A DNA stretch of 64,000 nucleotides from an uncultured Spirochaetota bacterium (GCA_963734545.1 CAVTHO010000005.1:1-64000), one strand, 5' to 3'; numbered from the stretch's first letter, positions 38,051 to 48,800 are shown. Notes: a model not told the origin generated them from the letters alone. Program-made: numbers and translations.

Positions 38051-39916
38051 CTAGTAGTTGGGCAATACCGGGGTGAACTCCTGGATAAGGGCATTCGTGT
38101 AATCAGAAACCACGATGTTGCCTGCCGCATTGATCGCAATGTCGATAGGCCACCCGAAGGTACCGCCGCCGACTCCGGCGCCCCCGAATTGGAGGATATA
38201 GTTGCCGGACGAATCAAATTTCTGGATCCGACGGTTCATCATATCGCACACGAATACATAGCCGTCCGCATCCACCGCGATGCCGATCGGGAAACTGAAC
38301 TGGCCATCGCCGGTGCCGAATGAGCCCCATTTCAGGAGAAAATGCCCCTGGGAGTCGAACTTCTGGACCCGGTTCAATTCCGCATCAGTGACGTAGCAGT
38401 TCCCGTCCTTGTCTACCGCGATGCCGTATGCCGACGATGTAAACTGGCCGTTGCCGGTGCCGGACACCCCCCCTCCCCACGATGTGGCAAAGTAAGGTCC
38501 CGGATGCAGAACCTGCACCAGGTAGTTGTTGATGTCCAGGACATACATGTCACCCGACTTGCCGATCGCAATACCTCTTGGTCCGGAGAACGCGGGGGAT
38601 CCGGGGTTGGTGACCGTATCGTGCCAGGCCCCTGTTGCCGTGTCGAACACCTGAATTTCGTTTCCATTCCCGTCAGGAATGTACACGTGCCCGGTCGTGT
38701 CCGTTGCGATGGTAGTGACGTCCAGCTCGAATTGCTGGTTGGCGGGAAGCGTAGAGGAGACAATTTGCAGAAGGTAATTACCGGAAGGATCGAACTTGGT
38801 GACCCTCTGATTGATGAAATCCGCTATGAGGCTGTTGCCGCTGGAGTCAAAGGCAATGCCCACGGGGAGAGCCGTGATGCCGGGTGCAGAACCGGCCCCG
38901 CCGCCCCAGGATGCGTTCCACGCCGGCGCCGTGGTCGAATTGAGGGGAGGGTCGTACTTTTGAATCCTTCCGTTGAAGCTGTTCCCATCCGAAACGTAAG
39001 AACGACCGGCGCTGTCGATGGCGACGCTGTTGGGCGAAGTGAATTGCTGGTCCGCGGTTCCTGATGATCCCCACTGAGTCAGGTAGGCGCCGGCGGTGGT
39101 AAACTTCTGAATCCGGCTGTTGCCTGTATCCGCAACGTAGACGTACTGGGTGCTGCCGGAATCGATCGCGACGCCGTACGGGGAGCCGAACTGCCCGTTC
39201 CCTGTTCCCGATGTCCCCCACTTGTACAGAAATACGCCGGTCGAGTCGAACACCTGCACCCTGTAATTGTACGTGTCCACGACATAGACGTTGCCGGACC
39301 GGTCCAGCGCAACCTGACGAGGGCTGCTGAACGCCCCGTCGCCTGACCCGGAGGTCCCAAAGGTTCCAATGTAGGTGCCCGAGGTATCGAACCGGACCAC
39401 GCGATTGTTGCCCGTGTCCACGACATAGACCCCGTTGTTGTTGACCGCGATTCCGACGCAGTAATTCAGCGCGAGTCCGTTGTACAGGGTGGCATCACCC
39501 CACTGGGTAACCAGACTTCCTGACACGTTGTACTTCTGGACCTGGTTTGCGCTGTTGATGATGTACATGTTCCCGGGGCCGTCGAAAGCCATGTCATACA
39601 CCGCGCCGAATCCGACCGAAGAGGTGAATCCGTAGGTCTTCAGAATGACGCCGGTGTTGTCGAACTTGCGGATCCTGAAGCTCGAATCAGCCACATAGAC
39701 CTTGCCCGCCGTGTCGACCTTCACGACCGGGTTCAGGAAGTTCCACTCGGGGTGCGGGTTGCCCCACTGCCTCACGAACTTGTACGTGGTGTCCGCGAGC
39801 CTCGACTTTGCGATCTCCTGCTTGATCCGTCCCAGGAAGGGGCTCGGGCACCCCGCCAGACCGACGAGGGCGACCGCGACGATTCCTACAAATGCGATTC
39901 TTCTCAGTCCTGCCAT
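38051..39916 (-). CDS. NHL-repeat beta-propeller lipoprotein
   Basis: Lipobox LAGC-PSPF; repeated F..P.GIA.D..G.VYV.D..N.RIQKF units, about 12 blades. Confidence 0.88.
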   Translation of the reverse strand: MAGLRRIAFVGIVAVALVGLAGCPSPFLGRIKQEIAKSRLADTTYKFVRQWGNPHPEWNFLNPVVKVDTAGKVYVADSSFRIRKFDNTGVILKTYGFTSSVGFGAVYDMAFDGPGNMYIINSANQVQKYNVSGSLVTQWGDATLYNGLALNYCVGIAVNNNGVYVVDTGNNRVVRFDTSGTYIGTFGTSGSGDGAFSSPRQVALDRSGNVYVVDTYNYRVQVFDSTGVFLYKWGTSGTGNGQFGSPYGVAIDSGSTQYVYVADTGNSRIQKFTTAGAYLTQWGSSGTADQQFTSPNSVAIDSAGRSYVSDGNSFNGRIQKYDPPLNSTTAPAWNASWGGGAGSAPGITALPVGIAFDSSGNSLIADFINQRVTKFDPSGNYLLQIVSSTLPANQQFELDVTTIATDTTGHVYIPDGNGNEIQVFDTATGAWHDTVTNPGSPAFSGPRGIAIGKSGDMYVLDINNYLVQVLHPGPYFATSWGGGVSGTGNGQFTSSAYGIAVDKDGNCYVTDAELNRVQKFDSQGHFLLKWGSFGTGDGQFSFPIGIAVDADGYVFVCDMMNRRIQKFDSSGNYILQFGGAGVGGGTFGWPIDIAINAAGNIVVSDYTNALIQEFTPVLPNY

Positions 39917-42096
39917 ATGACCACCTTTTTCACCTGGCTCTGGTCGGCGGCGCGGGTCGCCTCCTCGCCCCGGAGGTCGAGATAGGCGAACTTCTGCGCC
40001 AGCTCGGGATCCTTGTTCTGCAGATCCTGGTACGCCTTCTTTGCGATCGAATAGTTCTCCAGCGCGTGATTGGCGCGGGCAACGCAGAGCAGCACCGTGG
40101 GGCTGTTCGGGTCCTTCTTGTAGGCCCTGTTGTAGAACTCGAGGGCCTTGTCCACGTGGGACTGCACGAAATAGATATTGCCGATGTTGATCAGGGCCGG
40201 CACGTACTCTTCCTTTGCCAGCACCTGCAGGAGGCTCTTCTGCGCCTTGTCGAACAGGCCGTATCGCGAATAGAGAACCGCGAGGCTGTTCAGCGGCTTG
40301 GACTTGTTCGCCGCCTTGTTGACGGCAGCCAGGAGGGCAGCTTCCTGCCGCCCGATCTGGCCCGTGACAAAGGTGTTCACCTCGTCCGTGTAGACTTTCA
40401 CCAGCTTGTCCTGTTGAGGAATGGCGACATTGGAGTCAGTGCTGGAATAGCCGACCGGCTGGTACATGTTCCAGGCTTCATGCAGGGGATAGAATCCCGC
40501 CTGCTTCTTGGCGACATTCTCCCTCCATTCCTTGGCGCCGAGCTGCCACGCCTTCTGGAAGCCGCCTTCCCGCAGCGTGATCTCTATGGGCAGCCATACC
40601 TTGTTTCCCTGGTAGATGAAATCGTCGGAATTCTGGAAAGTCTTGCGCGCCTCATCAGGGCTCATCTGGAGCGCCACCGCCATGTAGATGTGGCCGGGAA
40701 TCGTGATGAACGCGGTCTCCACTCCCACTGCCTCGAACATCGAGGCGTACAGGACGGAGAAATCACTGCACTTGCCCCCCTTGTAGTCCAGCGTCTGCTG
40801 GGGGAACTGGATGTAGTCCACCGTCTTGTTGTCCGAGTTCAGCGTGGCGACAGGGTCGGTGGAGTACGTCAAGCCGAAGAGGGTGAGCGCGTCGTGCATG
40901 GCCATGGCCAAGAGCAGGTTGGGTTCGAGAGTGGCGCTCGCTTTGCCCTGCACCATCGACTGCACGTTCTTGGCGAACCTGACCGCGGTGGGATCATTTG
41001 CGGACACGAACGCGGCTGCTTTCCTGTCATCGTCCCACGTGAGCGAGTTGCGGCGCAGGACCTGCAGGGTCTGCACCGAGTCCTGCGTCAGGTCCTTTCC
41101 ATTGAGCGTGTACTGCAGCGTGACGCGCGCGGTCACCTTCGTGGCTTCCGTGTTGGCCAGTATGTCCTTTGTGAACAGGCCGAACAGATCGACCGAGGCG
41201 TCGGCGCCGGAGGCGATCTTGTCCGGTCCCCTTGTTTCCTTGGGATCGGTCATGTATTCCTTGACGAAGACGCTCACCTTGACGTTCTGCACGGCGGACT
41301 TCTCGTAGTTGTGCAGAACAACGGAGCCGATGGGATGATCGTCATAGAACTTGTAGAAAACCGGGTAGACATCCGAGATGCTGACCTTGCTCAACTGCAG
41401 GCCCGTTCCCGGCTTCAGCGTGCCCGGCTGCCCCTGGAGGAGCTGGGGCCTCGGCTGCTGCGGCCTGGCCGACTCGGGCTCGAACTTCTGCACGGTGACG
41501 GGCGTGCCCAGCCCGATCGAGGCTCCCAGGGAAACCCCGACGCCCGTATAGAGACCTATCTGGTAGAGGAACGAAGTGCCTAGATTCAGCGTCACCGCGG
41601 GCGGGAAAACCCAATAGACATCGAGCCCGGCTGTGACGTACGGGTTCCAGTATCCTTTTGGATCGCCGTTGATAAACCCATAGGTGGCCCCGCCGTCGGC
41701 ATGCGCTTCGACACCGAGATTGGGGATGAAGTTGTATGAGTAGCCGACACCGACCTTCGCGGAAGTGAAGGATACTGTCGTGTGCCCGGGGTTCGCGCTG
41801 TATCCATACTCGAGACCGACCCTGGCGAGCGCTTGCGGAAGAAAAGGCATGCGGTACTGACCGGTCACCGAGCCTCCTCCGCCAAGGGTGAAGAAGTTGG
41901 TGCTGTCACCAAGGGGAATGTTCAGGGTTGGGGATACCTGGATGGAATAGGGGGAAAGGTTCAGGGGTATCACCCCCGGTGCGGCTCCCGCATTCGGTGC
42001 AGCGGTCGCTGCCGCGACTGCCGGCTTGTCACTGCTCTGGGCCCATGCGCCAAGAATGCCCAGGAGAATGAATGCCATGACCAACGCCTTCTTCAT
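39904..42096 (-). CDS. Secreted protein: beta-barrel-like region, Ig-like domain, transglutaminase-like core and TPR repeats
   Basis: Signal peptide; amphipathic beta strands; GKCSDFSVLYAS...IPGHIY...WLPIEIT; C-terminal TPR helices. Confidence 0.75.
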   Translation of the reverse strand: MKKALVMAFILLGILGAWAQSSDKPAVAAATAAPNAGAAPGVIPLNLSPYSIQVSPTLNIPLGDSTNFFTLGGGGSVTGQYRMPFLPQALARVGLEYGYSANPGHTTVSFTSAKVGVGYSYNFIPNLGVEAHADGGATYGFINGDPKGYWNPYVTAGLDVYWVFPPAVTLNLGTSFLYQIGLYTGVGVSLGASIGLGTPVTVQKFEPESARPQQPRPQLLQGQPGTLKPGTGLQLSKVSISDVYPVFYKFYDDHPIGSVVLHNYEKSAVQNVKVSVFVKEYMTDPKETRGPDKIASGADASVDLFGLFTKDILANTEATKVTARVTLQYTLNGKDLTQDSVQTLQVLRRNSLTWDDDRKAAAFVSANDPTAVRFAKNVQSMVQGKASATLEPNLLLAMAMHDALTLFGLTYSTDPVATLNSDNKTVDYIQFPQQTLDYKGGKCSDFSVLYASMFEAVGVETAFITIPGHIYMAVALQMSPDEARKTFQNSDDFIYQGNKVWLPIEITLREGGFQKAWQLGAKEWRENVAKKQAGFYPLHEAWNMYQPVGYSSTDSNVAIPQQDKLVKVYTDEVNTFVTGQIGRQEAALLAAVNKAANKSKPLNSLAVLYSRYGLFDKAQKSLLQVLAKEEYVPALINIGNIYFVQSHVDKALEFYNRAYKKDPNSPTVLLCVARANHALENYSIAKKAYQDLQNKDPELAQKFAYLDLRGEEATRAADQSQVKKVVIWQD

Positions 42097-42350
42097 AGGC
42101 CTGCCCTCCTGATCGCTCGTGGGCTTCTATGCCCCACAACAATTCGCTTTCACGCCATAAAGCCTGACTAATTTACTTATCTTTAACATGCAATGAATAT
42201 CGCCGAATATTAGCAAAATCAAATGGTATGCTGAGATTTCCGGAAAAAAAGTGGTTGGGCCAGCTATGCAAGCGTGCGAGAACTGATATTCCAGATCAGG
42301 GACGAGTTTGCAGGATATGGCATTAGTTCGATGCGCCGGGCAGGGGCTGC

Positions 42351-43403
42351 CTAAGGCTTCAGAACCACCCGCATCCCGTCGCGTGCCTCCATCACCCTGA
42401 ACGCTTCCTGGACCTGCTCGAGCTTGAGGATCGGATTTGCCAATAGCGCGGCGGGGAAGTCTCTGCGCCCCAGGAGGGTGACCGCCTTCTGCACCTGCCG
42501 CGGGGTGGAATCGCTTGCCCCGATCACGGCCAGCTCGCCGTAGTGGACCTTGCGGCTGTCGAGAGAGAGCATGCTCGTGCCGACCGGCAGCGACGCGAAC
42601 AGGCATACCCGGCCCTTCTTGCGCACAAGGTCGAGTGCCTGTTCCTGCGCGCCCGCATCCGGGGCTGCCACGATGACACAGTCGGCGCCCACGCCCCCGG
42701 TTTCCTCCCGCACTGCCGTCAGAAGGTCTTCCCGTGTCGTGTTCACGAGCCGGTCACAGGCAAAGCCCGCGGCCTGCGCGAGCCGCTTTCCCTCACGCTG
42801 TGCAAGGATGAGCTTCGCCGCCCCGTATTCCCGGGCGACAAAGAGGTTCATGATGCCCAGCGGCCCCGCGCCGAGCACGACAACCGTTTCGCCCCTGGCT
42901 ATGCCGCAATTCTCCACCGCGTTCACCGCGCAGCTCACCGGCTCGGCGAGCGCGGCGTGCTCGGGCAGGATCCCTTCGGGCACCCGGATCACGTGCCCGT
43001 TCTTCAGCGCAAGCGCGGGAATGACCACGTACTCCGCCATTCCACCGGGGTATGCGAACCCCATCGGTTTGAGCGCCGCGCAGAGGTTGTTCCAGCCGTG
43101 TATACAATAGAAGCATTCGCCGCAGGAAATCGAGGTCGCCATCACCACGCGCTCCCCGAGGGAGTACCCCGGGACCCCGCTGCCCACTGTCTCGACCAGA
43201 CCGGTGAACTCGTGGCCCATGGTCATGGGCGGCTTCATGCGGGGGTTGCCGTTCCTGAAAGTCTTGTGGTCGGATCCGCACACGGCGCAGGCGTCGATTT
43301 TCACCCGCAGCTCCCCTGCGCCGCATGGGGGAACAGGGACCTGCTCGACACGCACGTCCCCTTTGCCGTGGAACACGGCAGCCATCATTGTGCGCGGACT
43401 CAC
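42351..43403 (-). CDS. Zn-dependent polyol/sugar dehydrogenase (MDR family)
   Basis: CGSD, GHEF, CGECFYC...C, GAGPLG; GTG 43403 overlaps the upstream stop. Confidence 0.9.
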   Translation of the reverse strand: MSPRTMMAAVFHGKGDVRVEQVPVPPCGAGELRVKIDACAVCGSDHKTFRNGNPRMKPPMTMGHEFTGLVETVGSGVPGYSLGERVVMATSISCGECFYCIHGWNNLCAALKPMGFAYPGGMAEYVVIPALALKNGHVIRVPEGILPEHAALAEPVSCAVNAVENCGIARGETVVVLGAGPLGIMNLFVAREYGAAKLILAQREGKRLAQAAGFACDRLVNTTREDLLTAVREETGGVGADCVIVAAPDAGAQEQALDLVRKKGRVCLFASLPVGTSMLSLDSRKVHYGELAVIGASDSTPRQVQKAVTLLGRRDFPAALLANPILKLEQVQEAFRVMEARDGMRVVLKP

Positions 43404-44083
43404 AGGGTCTTCAGCTCGATGGCGCGGCCCTTCAAGCCGCGATGGGTGGCTGTTCCGCGGGGTCCGGTCTCGTCGGCGTAGCCGATGAGCCAGGTGTTGC
43501 GGCCCTGCATGAGCTTGCCTTCGCCTCCCTGGTCCGGCGTGAAGTCGATGGGCGCATGCGCACCTTTCGGTTGTATCACGATGCAGCGGAATCCCTCCGC
43601 CTCGTGCACGTGAACCGGCGTGCTGTGCAGGCACCACGGGAAGACTTCATACACGGTCCCGCGGGGAACATAGAATGCGCGCGTGCGGGACACGTCGAAT
43701 GTGCCGGCCGGCCATACGATGTCGCACACGAGCCCCATCAGCACGACCATGTCCGTGCCGGCCACCACCACCTCGGCGCACTTGTGATATTCAAGGGCAT
43801 CGAGGCGCGTGTTTCTTCCCTGCACGGACTCCACCTGCAGCTCGGTGGAGCCGAAGATCTCGCGCAGGGTGGAGGCAAGCTCCGCCGGGCACGCATCGGC
43901 CTGCTCGCTCACGCTGCGGTGCACGCCGGCGCCGCTGCCCGGCAGCCCCTCTCGCGAGCCGAGGAGCGCGTCGACCGGCCGGTCGTGACGCACGCGGCCG
44001 TAGCGGAGGAAGCTGGTGTCGTCAACGGAGAGCATATCGATGTCGGGGTTGAGCTCGTTCAGCTTCCTCATCGTGCGGTCCAT
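43400..44083 (-). CDS. DUF4867 family protein
   Basis: FLRYGRV, GRNTRLDALEYHK, LHSTP, NTWLI. Confidence 0.78.
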   Translation of the reverse strand: MDRTMRKLNELNPDIDMLSVDDTSFLRYGRVRHDRPVDALLGSREGLPGSGAGVHRSVSEQADACPAELASTLREIFGSTELQVESVQGRNTRLDALEYHKCAEVVVAGTDMVVLMGLVCDIVWPAGTFDVSRTRAFYVPRGTVYEVFPWCLHSTPVHVHEAEGFRCIVIQPKGAHAPIDFTPDQGGEGKLMQGRNTWLIGYADETGPRGTATHRGLKGRAIELKTL

Positions 44084-44091
44084 GATTCCCC

Positions 44092-45099
44092 CTATGCCCG
44101 TTTCCGGTGTGTCAGGAAATCGATGGACACCGCGACGAGAAGGATGGCGCCGGTCACGAAGTTCGACCAGTACGGGGACACCCCCAGGAGATTGATGGCG
44201 GTCTGGATGAGGGCCAGAAGCACGATGCCGAGCACGGCGCCCAGGACCGTGCCTTCGCCGCCGTTCATGCTGGTGCCGCCGATGACCGCAGCCGAGATCG
44301 CGTCCAGCTCCACTCCCTGGTATCCGTACGGCGGGGCGGAGCTGAACCGCGCGATGGCCAGGATTCCCGCAATGGCCGCCAGGAGACCGGAAAGGACGTA
44401 CACGCCCATGCGCACCCGGTTGACGTTGATGCCGGAGAACCGCGCCGACTTCTCATTGCTGCCGATGTAGTAGACCTTGCGGAGGACCGTGGACCGGCGG
44501 GCCAGAAAGTCGAAGAGGATGACGACGACGATGAAGAGCACGATGACGAACTGCACGCCCGTCTGTCCCAGCATTCCCCGGCCGATGAACTTGAAGCTCG
44601 CCGGCACGTTGTTCAGGGGAAGCGGCATTGCCTCGGAAAAGACATACGCGGTGCCGCGCGCGATCTGGCTCATGGCGAGGGTGACGATGAACGGGGAAAG
44701 GCCCACGCGCGTGATGAAGAAGCCGTTGACGAACCCCACGAAGACCCCGACTCCGATGCCCGCAAGGGAAGCGATCCAGATGTTCCAGTTGTAGACGAGG
44801 AAGAGCTGGCCGGCCACCACGCCCACGAACGCCATGACGGCGGCCACGGAGAGATCGATGCCGCCGCTGATGAGGACCAGGGTCATGGCAATGACCACCC
44901 ACCCGTTGATGACGAAGATCTTGAACATCGTGCTGAAGTTCTCACCGGTGAGGAACACCGGGGAGAGGAAGGCCATGACGGCGCCGAGGATGAGGATGAT
45001 GAGGATCGTCGTACCTTCCCGGAATCCCGCCAGGCCGCCGAGCGCCCGCGCGAGGCCGGATTTCTGCCGCACCGGTCCCTGAAGGTTCAGCTGACTCAT
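44092..45099 (-). CDS. Sugar ABC transporter permease (RbsC family)
   Basis: GGIDLSV, PFIVTL, ELDAISAAVIGGTS. Confidence 0.92.
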   Translation of the reverse strand: MSQLNLQGPVRQKSGLARALGGLAGFREGTTILIILILGAVMAFLSPVFLTGENFSTMFKIFVINGWVVIAMTLVLISGGIDLSVAAVMAFVGVVAGQLFLVYNWNIWIASLAGIGVGVFVGFVNGFFITRVGLSPFIVTLAMSQIARGTAYVFSEAMPLPLNNVPASFKFIGRGMLGQTGVQFVIVLFIVVVILFDFLARRSTVLRKVYYIGSNEKSARFSGINVNRVRMGVYVLSGLLAAIAGILAIARFSSAPPYGYQGVELDAISAAVIGGTSMNGGEGTVLGAVLGIVLLALIQTAINLLGVSPYWSNFVTGAILLVAVSIDFLTHRKRA

Positions 45100-45118
45100 G
45101 TTGACTACTCCTTCTTCC

Positions 45119-46627
45119 TCAATTCGTGCTGAGGCACGCCATCTGGATGATGGACGATTCGTTGATGTCCGCTCCCTCGAGCGTGCCGCACGTCCTGCCC
45201 TCGTACATGACGAGCACGCGGTCGCACACCCCCACGACCTCCGGGAGCTCCGAGGAGATCATGATCACCCCCACCCCCTTCGAGGCGAGCTCGCGCAGCA
45301 GGTGATAGATCTGGCTCTTCGCGCCGATGTCGATCCCCCGGGTGGGCTCGTCCATGAGGACGATCTTCGGGGAGACGGAGAGCAGCTTGGACACGAGGAC
45401 CTTCTGCTGGTTTCCGCCGCTCAGGCTGCGCAGCTTCTGAGAGACGCTCGCCACCTTGATCTGCATCTCGGTGACGAACCTCCGCGCGAGCCCGATCTCC
45501 CTGCTCTTCTGGATCAGCTTGAACCGGGCAACGGCGTCCAGCCGGATGACCGAGATGTTGGACGCGACGCTCATGTCGAGGAACAGCCCTTCACGGGCCC
45601 GGTCTTCGGTGAGATAGACGATGCCGTTGCGAATGGCGTCCTTGTAGCTGCGCAGGTTGAGCTTCTTCCCCATGAGGGACACCTCTCCGGCGCTCTTGCG
45701 GTACAACCCGCTGATGGTGCGGGCCACCTCCGTGCGGCCCGAACCGACGAGCCCGGCCATGCCGAGGATCTCCCCTCTGCGCAGGGAGAAGGAGACGCCG
45801 CTGAACTCGCCGTCCATGGCAAGGTCCTTCACTTCCAGGAGCACCTCCCCGCCGCCCGCGTCGGCGCTCTTCGGGGGATAGATGTCCTTCAGCTCCCGGC
45901 CCACCATGAGATTCACGAGAGACACCTGGTCGATGTCCCGCACCGGCCTCGTGTCGATGAGCGCTCCGTCCCGCAGCACGGTCACCATGTCGGCAATGGC
46001 GTAGATTTCCGCCAGGCGGTGGCTGATGTAGATGACGCCCATGCCCTTGCCGCGAAGGGTCCCGATGATGCGGAAGAGCGCCGCCGTCTCGGATTCGGTC
46101 AGGGCCGCCGTGGGCTCGTCGAAGATGATGACCCTGCAGTTGGCGGAGATCGCCTTGACGATCTCGACCACCTGCTGCTGCGACACGGAGAGATCCGCCA
46201 CTTTCTGACGCGGATTGATGAGGGCGTGCGAGTCGAAATCCGAGAGCAGCTTCCGCGCCATGGCATTGATGGCGCGAAACTGCACGAAACCTTTCCCCTC
46301 CCCCTTCATGGCGTGCATGAAGATGTTTTCCGCCACGGTGAGGTGCTGGCAGAGGGTGATCTCCTGGTGCACGAACCCGATGCCGATGCGCAGCGCATCA
46401 TGGGGGTCGCGAATGTGCAGCCGCCTGCCTTCGAGCAGGACCTCTCCGGTATCGGCCTGGTGAACGCCGCCGATGACGTTCATGAGGGTCGATTTGCCCG
46501 CCCCGTTCTCCCCCACGACGGCGTGGACGCTGCCGGGGGCGAAGGAAAGGCTGATGCCGGAGAGAGCCTGCGTGGCGCCGAAGCGCTTGCTGATGTTCCG
46601 TACTTCCAGAATTGCCGTTGTGTCCAT
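45119..46627 (-). CDS. Sugar ABC transporter ATP-binding protein (RbsA family)
   Basis: GENGAGKST, LSGGNQQK, DEPTRGID. Confidence 0.94.
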   Translation of the reverse strand: MDTTAILEVRNISKRFGATQALSGISLSFAPGSVHAVVGENGAGKSTLMNVIGGVHQADTGEVLLEGRRLHIRDPHDALRIGIGFVHQEITLCQHLTVAENIFMHAMKGEGKGFVQFRAINAMARKLLSDFDSHALINPRQKVADLSVSQQQVVEIVKAISANCRVIIFDEPTAALTESETAALFRIIGTLRGKGMGVIYISHRLAEIYAIADMVTVLRDGALIDTRPVRDIDQVSLVNLMVGRELKDIYPPKSADAGGGEVLLEVKDLAMDGEFSGVSFSLRRGEILGMAGLVGSGRTEVARTISGLYRKSAGEVSLMGKKLNLRSYKDAIRNGIVYLTEDRAREGLFLDMSVASNISVIRLDAVARFKLIQKSREIGLARRFVTEMQIKVASVSQKLRSLSGGNQQKVLVSKLLSVSPKIVLMDEPTRGIDIGAKSQIYHLLRELASKGVGVIMISSELPEVVGVCDRVLVMYEGRTCGTLEGADINESSIIQMACLSTN

Positions 46628-46653
46628 GCCGCAGCTCCCTCGCGGAAAATGTC

Positions 46654-46674
46654 GGGCACGCCGAAGGCGTGCCC
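46654..46674 (-). terminator. Hairpin after the binding-protein gene (stabiliser or attenuator)
   Basis: GGGCACGCC-TTC-GGCGTGCCC. Confidence 0.5.
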
Positions 46675-46708
46675 TAAAGATACAACAATTTCCGACTTGC
46701 CCGGGATC

Positions 46709-47737
46709 CTACCAGGGCTTGAAGTTCGTCGCTCCGCGCGCCTTCTGCCACTTGTCGGTGTAGAAGTACTTCGCGTTGTCCTTGTTGATCAGGTCGAGCC
46801 CGTTGTCCACGTACGGAAGGTTCATGACGAACTGGCCGTTCGCCGTGGTACCGTTCAGCGGGTTGAGCATGTTGTTCTTGGTGAGATACAGAAGCATCAT
46901 GCAGAGGTAGCCCTGCACGTACGCGTTCGGCTGGATGGAGCCGAACATCTGTCCCGCCTCGATCATCTGGAGGATCGTCGCGTCCATGTCGCAGGTGAGG
47001 ACTTTGATCTTTCCGCCGAGCTCGACTGCCGCCTGGGCGGCGCCGCGGCCGGACGGCCCTTCGGGGGAGAATACCGCGCCGAGGTCAGGGAACTTCTGGG
47101 CGGTCTGCATGACTGCCGTGTACGCCTTCTGGTTGTCCTGCTGGGTAAGAATGTCGGCCACGACCTCGATCCCGGGGAACTCCGCCTTGATCGTGTTGAC
47201 GAAGGTGGTGGAGCGCAGCATGTGGTTGGACTGCGTGTTGCGGGTCACCATGACCTTGCCCTTGCCGCCGAGCGCCTTGCCGAGGGCCCGTGCCGCGAAC
47301 TGTCCTTCCTTCACGTTGTCGGAGGTCACGAACGCAACCTTCGATGCCGCGGAGGCGTTGCTGGCAAACGTCACGACAGGGATCTTCTTCTCGAATGCCG
47401 CGTTCACCGGCTCGACGAAGCCTGCGTCGTCGATGGGGGAGAGCGCGATGCCTGCCGGACTCTTCGACATGATCTGCTCGAAGACGGTCACCTGTTCGGG
47501 AAGCTTGTACTCAGGTGTGCCCTGGTACACGGCTTTGACCCCGAGCTGCTTTGCCGCGTCCTTGAAGCCTTCGAACGCCGCAACCCAGTACTCGACGCCG
47601 GACACGAACGTGCACATGTAGTAGGTCTGGTTGGCAGGCCCGTTGAACTTCTTGTTCTGAACCTGCGCGGACAGTGCCCCTGCCCCGATGAGGCAGAGCG
47701 CGAGCAATACACCGAGAACCTTGAAACGCCTGGCCAT
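46709..47737 (-). CDS. Sugar ABC transporter substrate-binding protein
   Basis: Signal peptide; periplasmic binding fold (IPVVTF, SDN..EG, IQPNAY.QGY); RBS AAGGAGG. Confidence 0.9.
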   Translation of the reverse strand: MARRFKVLGVLLALCLIGAGALSAQVQNKKFNGPANQTYYMCTFVSGVEYWVAAFEGFKDAAKQLGVKAVYQGTPEYKLPEQVTVFEQIMSKSPAGIALSPIDDAGFVEPVNAAFEKKIPVVTFASNASAASKVAFVTSDNVKEGQFAARALGKALGGKGKVMVTRNTQSNHMLRSTTFVNTIKAEFPGIEVVADILTQQDNQKAYTAVMQTAQKFPDLGAVFSPEGPSGRGAAQAAVELGGKIKVLTCDMDATILQMIEAGQMFGSIQPNAYVQGYLCMMLLYLTKNNMLNPLNGTTANGQFVMNLPYVDNGLDLINKDNAKYFYTDKWQKARGATNFKPW

Positions 47738-47769
47738 TGTTACCCTCCTTGTAGGTTAATGGTGACTGG

Positions 47770-47798
47770 ATTGTGGGGCATGAAATGCCGGTTGTCAA
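47770..47798 (-). promoter_or_regulatory. Sugar operon promoter with putative IclR operator in the spacer
   Basis: TTGACA-17-CACAAT; palindrome GGCAT-GAA-ATGCC at 47777-47789. Confidence 0.65.
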
Positions 47799-47945
47799 GA
47801 AAAATTTGATAAGTCAACGAAATATTTTAAATAACAAATATCTATCTCAAAATGACAGAAAAATGGAGAAAGCTGGCCTATAATCGATTTACTGGTGATT
47901 TTATGTATCTATACTTAGACGAAAAGGACCGGCCAGCGGCCGATC

Positions 47946-48800
47946 TCAGGAAGCAGAAGCGTGCGGGGTCTTGTCCGGCTGCGCCGCGCGGACTTTGCCG
48001 ACGAAGAAGCTGCCGGAGTAGCCGATATCCTTCGACACCCTCCAGGCGCACTCCAGAACGAGAAGCTCGAATGCGGCCTTGTTCGCCGCGTCGATGGTGC
48101 TGAGAAGGCACGTGACTCCCAGGCCGGCAACGACCTTGCCCTGCACGTCGAAAACCGGCGCGCCTATGCAGAGTATTCCCGACGTGTACTCCTCGTTGTC
48201 GTAGGCGAGCCCTGTCTGGCGCGTGCGCTCGAGCTGCTGCAGCAGCTCGGTGCGGAGCACGATGGTGTTGGGTGTCAGCCCGACGAGCCGGGACGGAATC
48301 ACCTGCTTCACCTCCTCCTCGTCCATGAAGGCGAGCACCGCCTTGCCGTACGCGTTGGGGTGATAGTAGACGAGGCTGCCCGGAACCACGCGCAGGTAGA
48401 ACTGCACCTCGGGGCTCACCGTGTCGATCACGAGCATCTGGTCGCCGTGAGGAATCTGGATCTGGCAGGTTTCTTCGGTCTCCCGGCAGAGCCACTCCAT
48501 GTGCGGCCGCGCCCGCTGCCGGAGCTCGAACCGGGTGTACAGGCTCATGCCCAGGGAGAACACGCGGGTGCTCAACTGGTAGCCGCTGGAGATGGGGTCC
48601 TGCACCGTGTATTCGCGCTCGGTCAGACGCTTGAGGATGCGGAAGACCGAATTGACGGGTATCTTCAGGCAGCGGGCGAGCTCGGTCGTCCCGAAAGGCC
48701 GGGGGTGCTTTGCCATGAACTCCAGGATGTCCAGGGCGCGATCCACCGCGGGAGCCGAGTACTCCCTGATCTTCTTTTCCACTTTGCTTCCTGCAGGCAT
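47946..48800 (-). CDS. IclR family transcriptional regulator
   Basis: APAVDRALDILE, AYGKAVLA, DNEEY, CIGAPVF. Confidence 0.92.
   Translation of the reverse strand: MPAGSKVEKKIREYSAPAVDRALDILEFMAKHPRPFGTTELARCLKIPVNSVFRILKRLTEREYTVQDPISSGYQLSTRVFSLGMSLYTRFELRQRARPHMEWLCRETEETCQIQIPHGDQMLVIDTVSPEVQFYLRVVPGSLVYYHPNAYGKAVLAFMDEEEVKQVIPSRLVGLTPNTIVLRTELLQQLERTRQTGLAYDNEEYTSGILCIGAPVFDVQGKVVAGLGVTCLLSTIDAANKAAFELLVLECAWRVSKDIGYSGSFFVGKVRAAQPDKTPHASAS

Noticed and set aside
42097-42350. Sigma28 or sigma54 promoter, or an sRNA, in the AT-rich region upstream of the TPR gene
   Set aside because: No correctly spaced consensus or stable structure found
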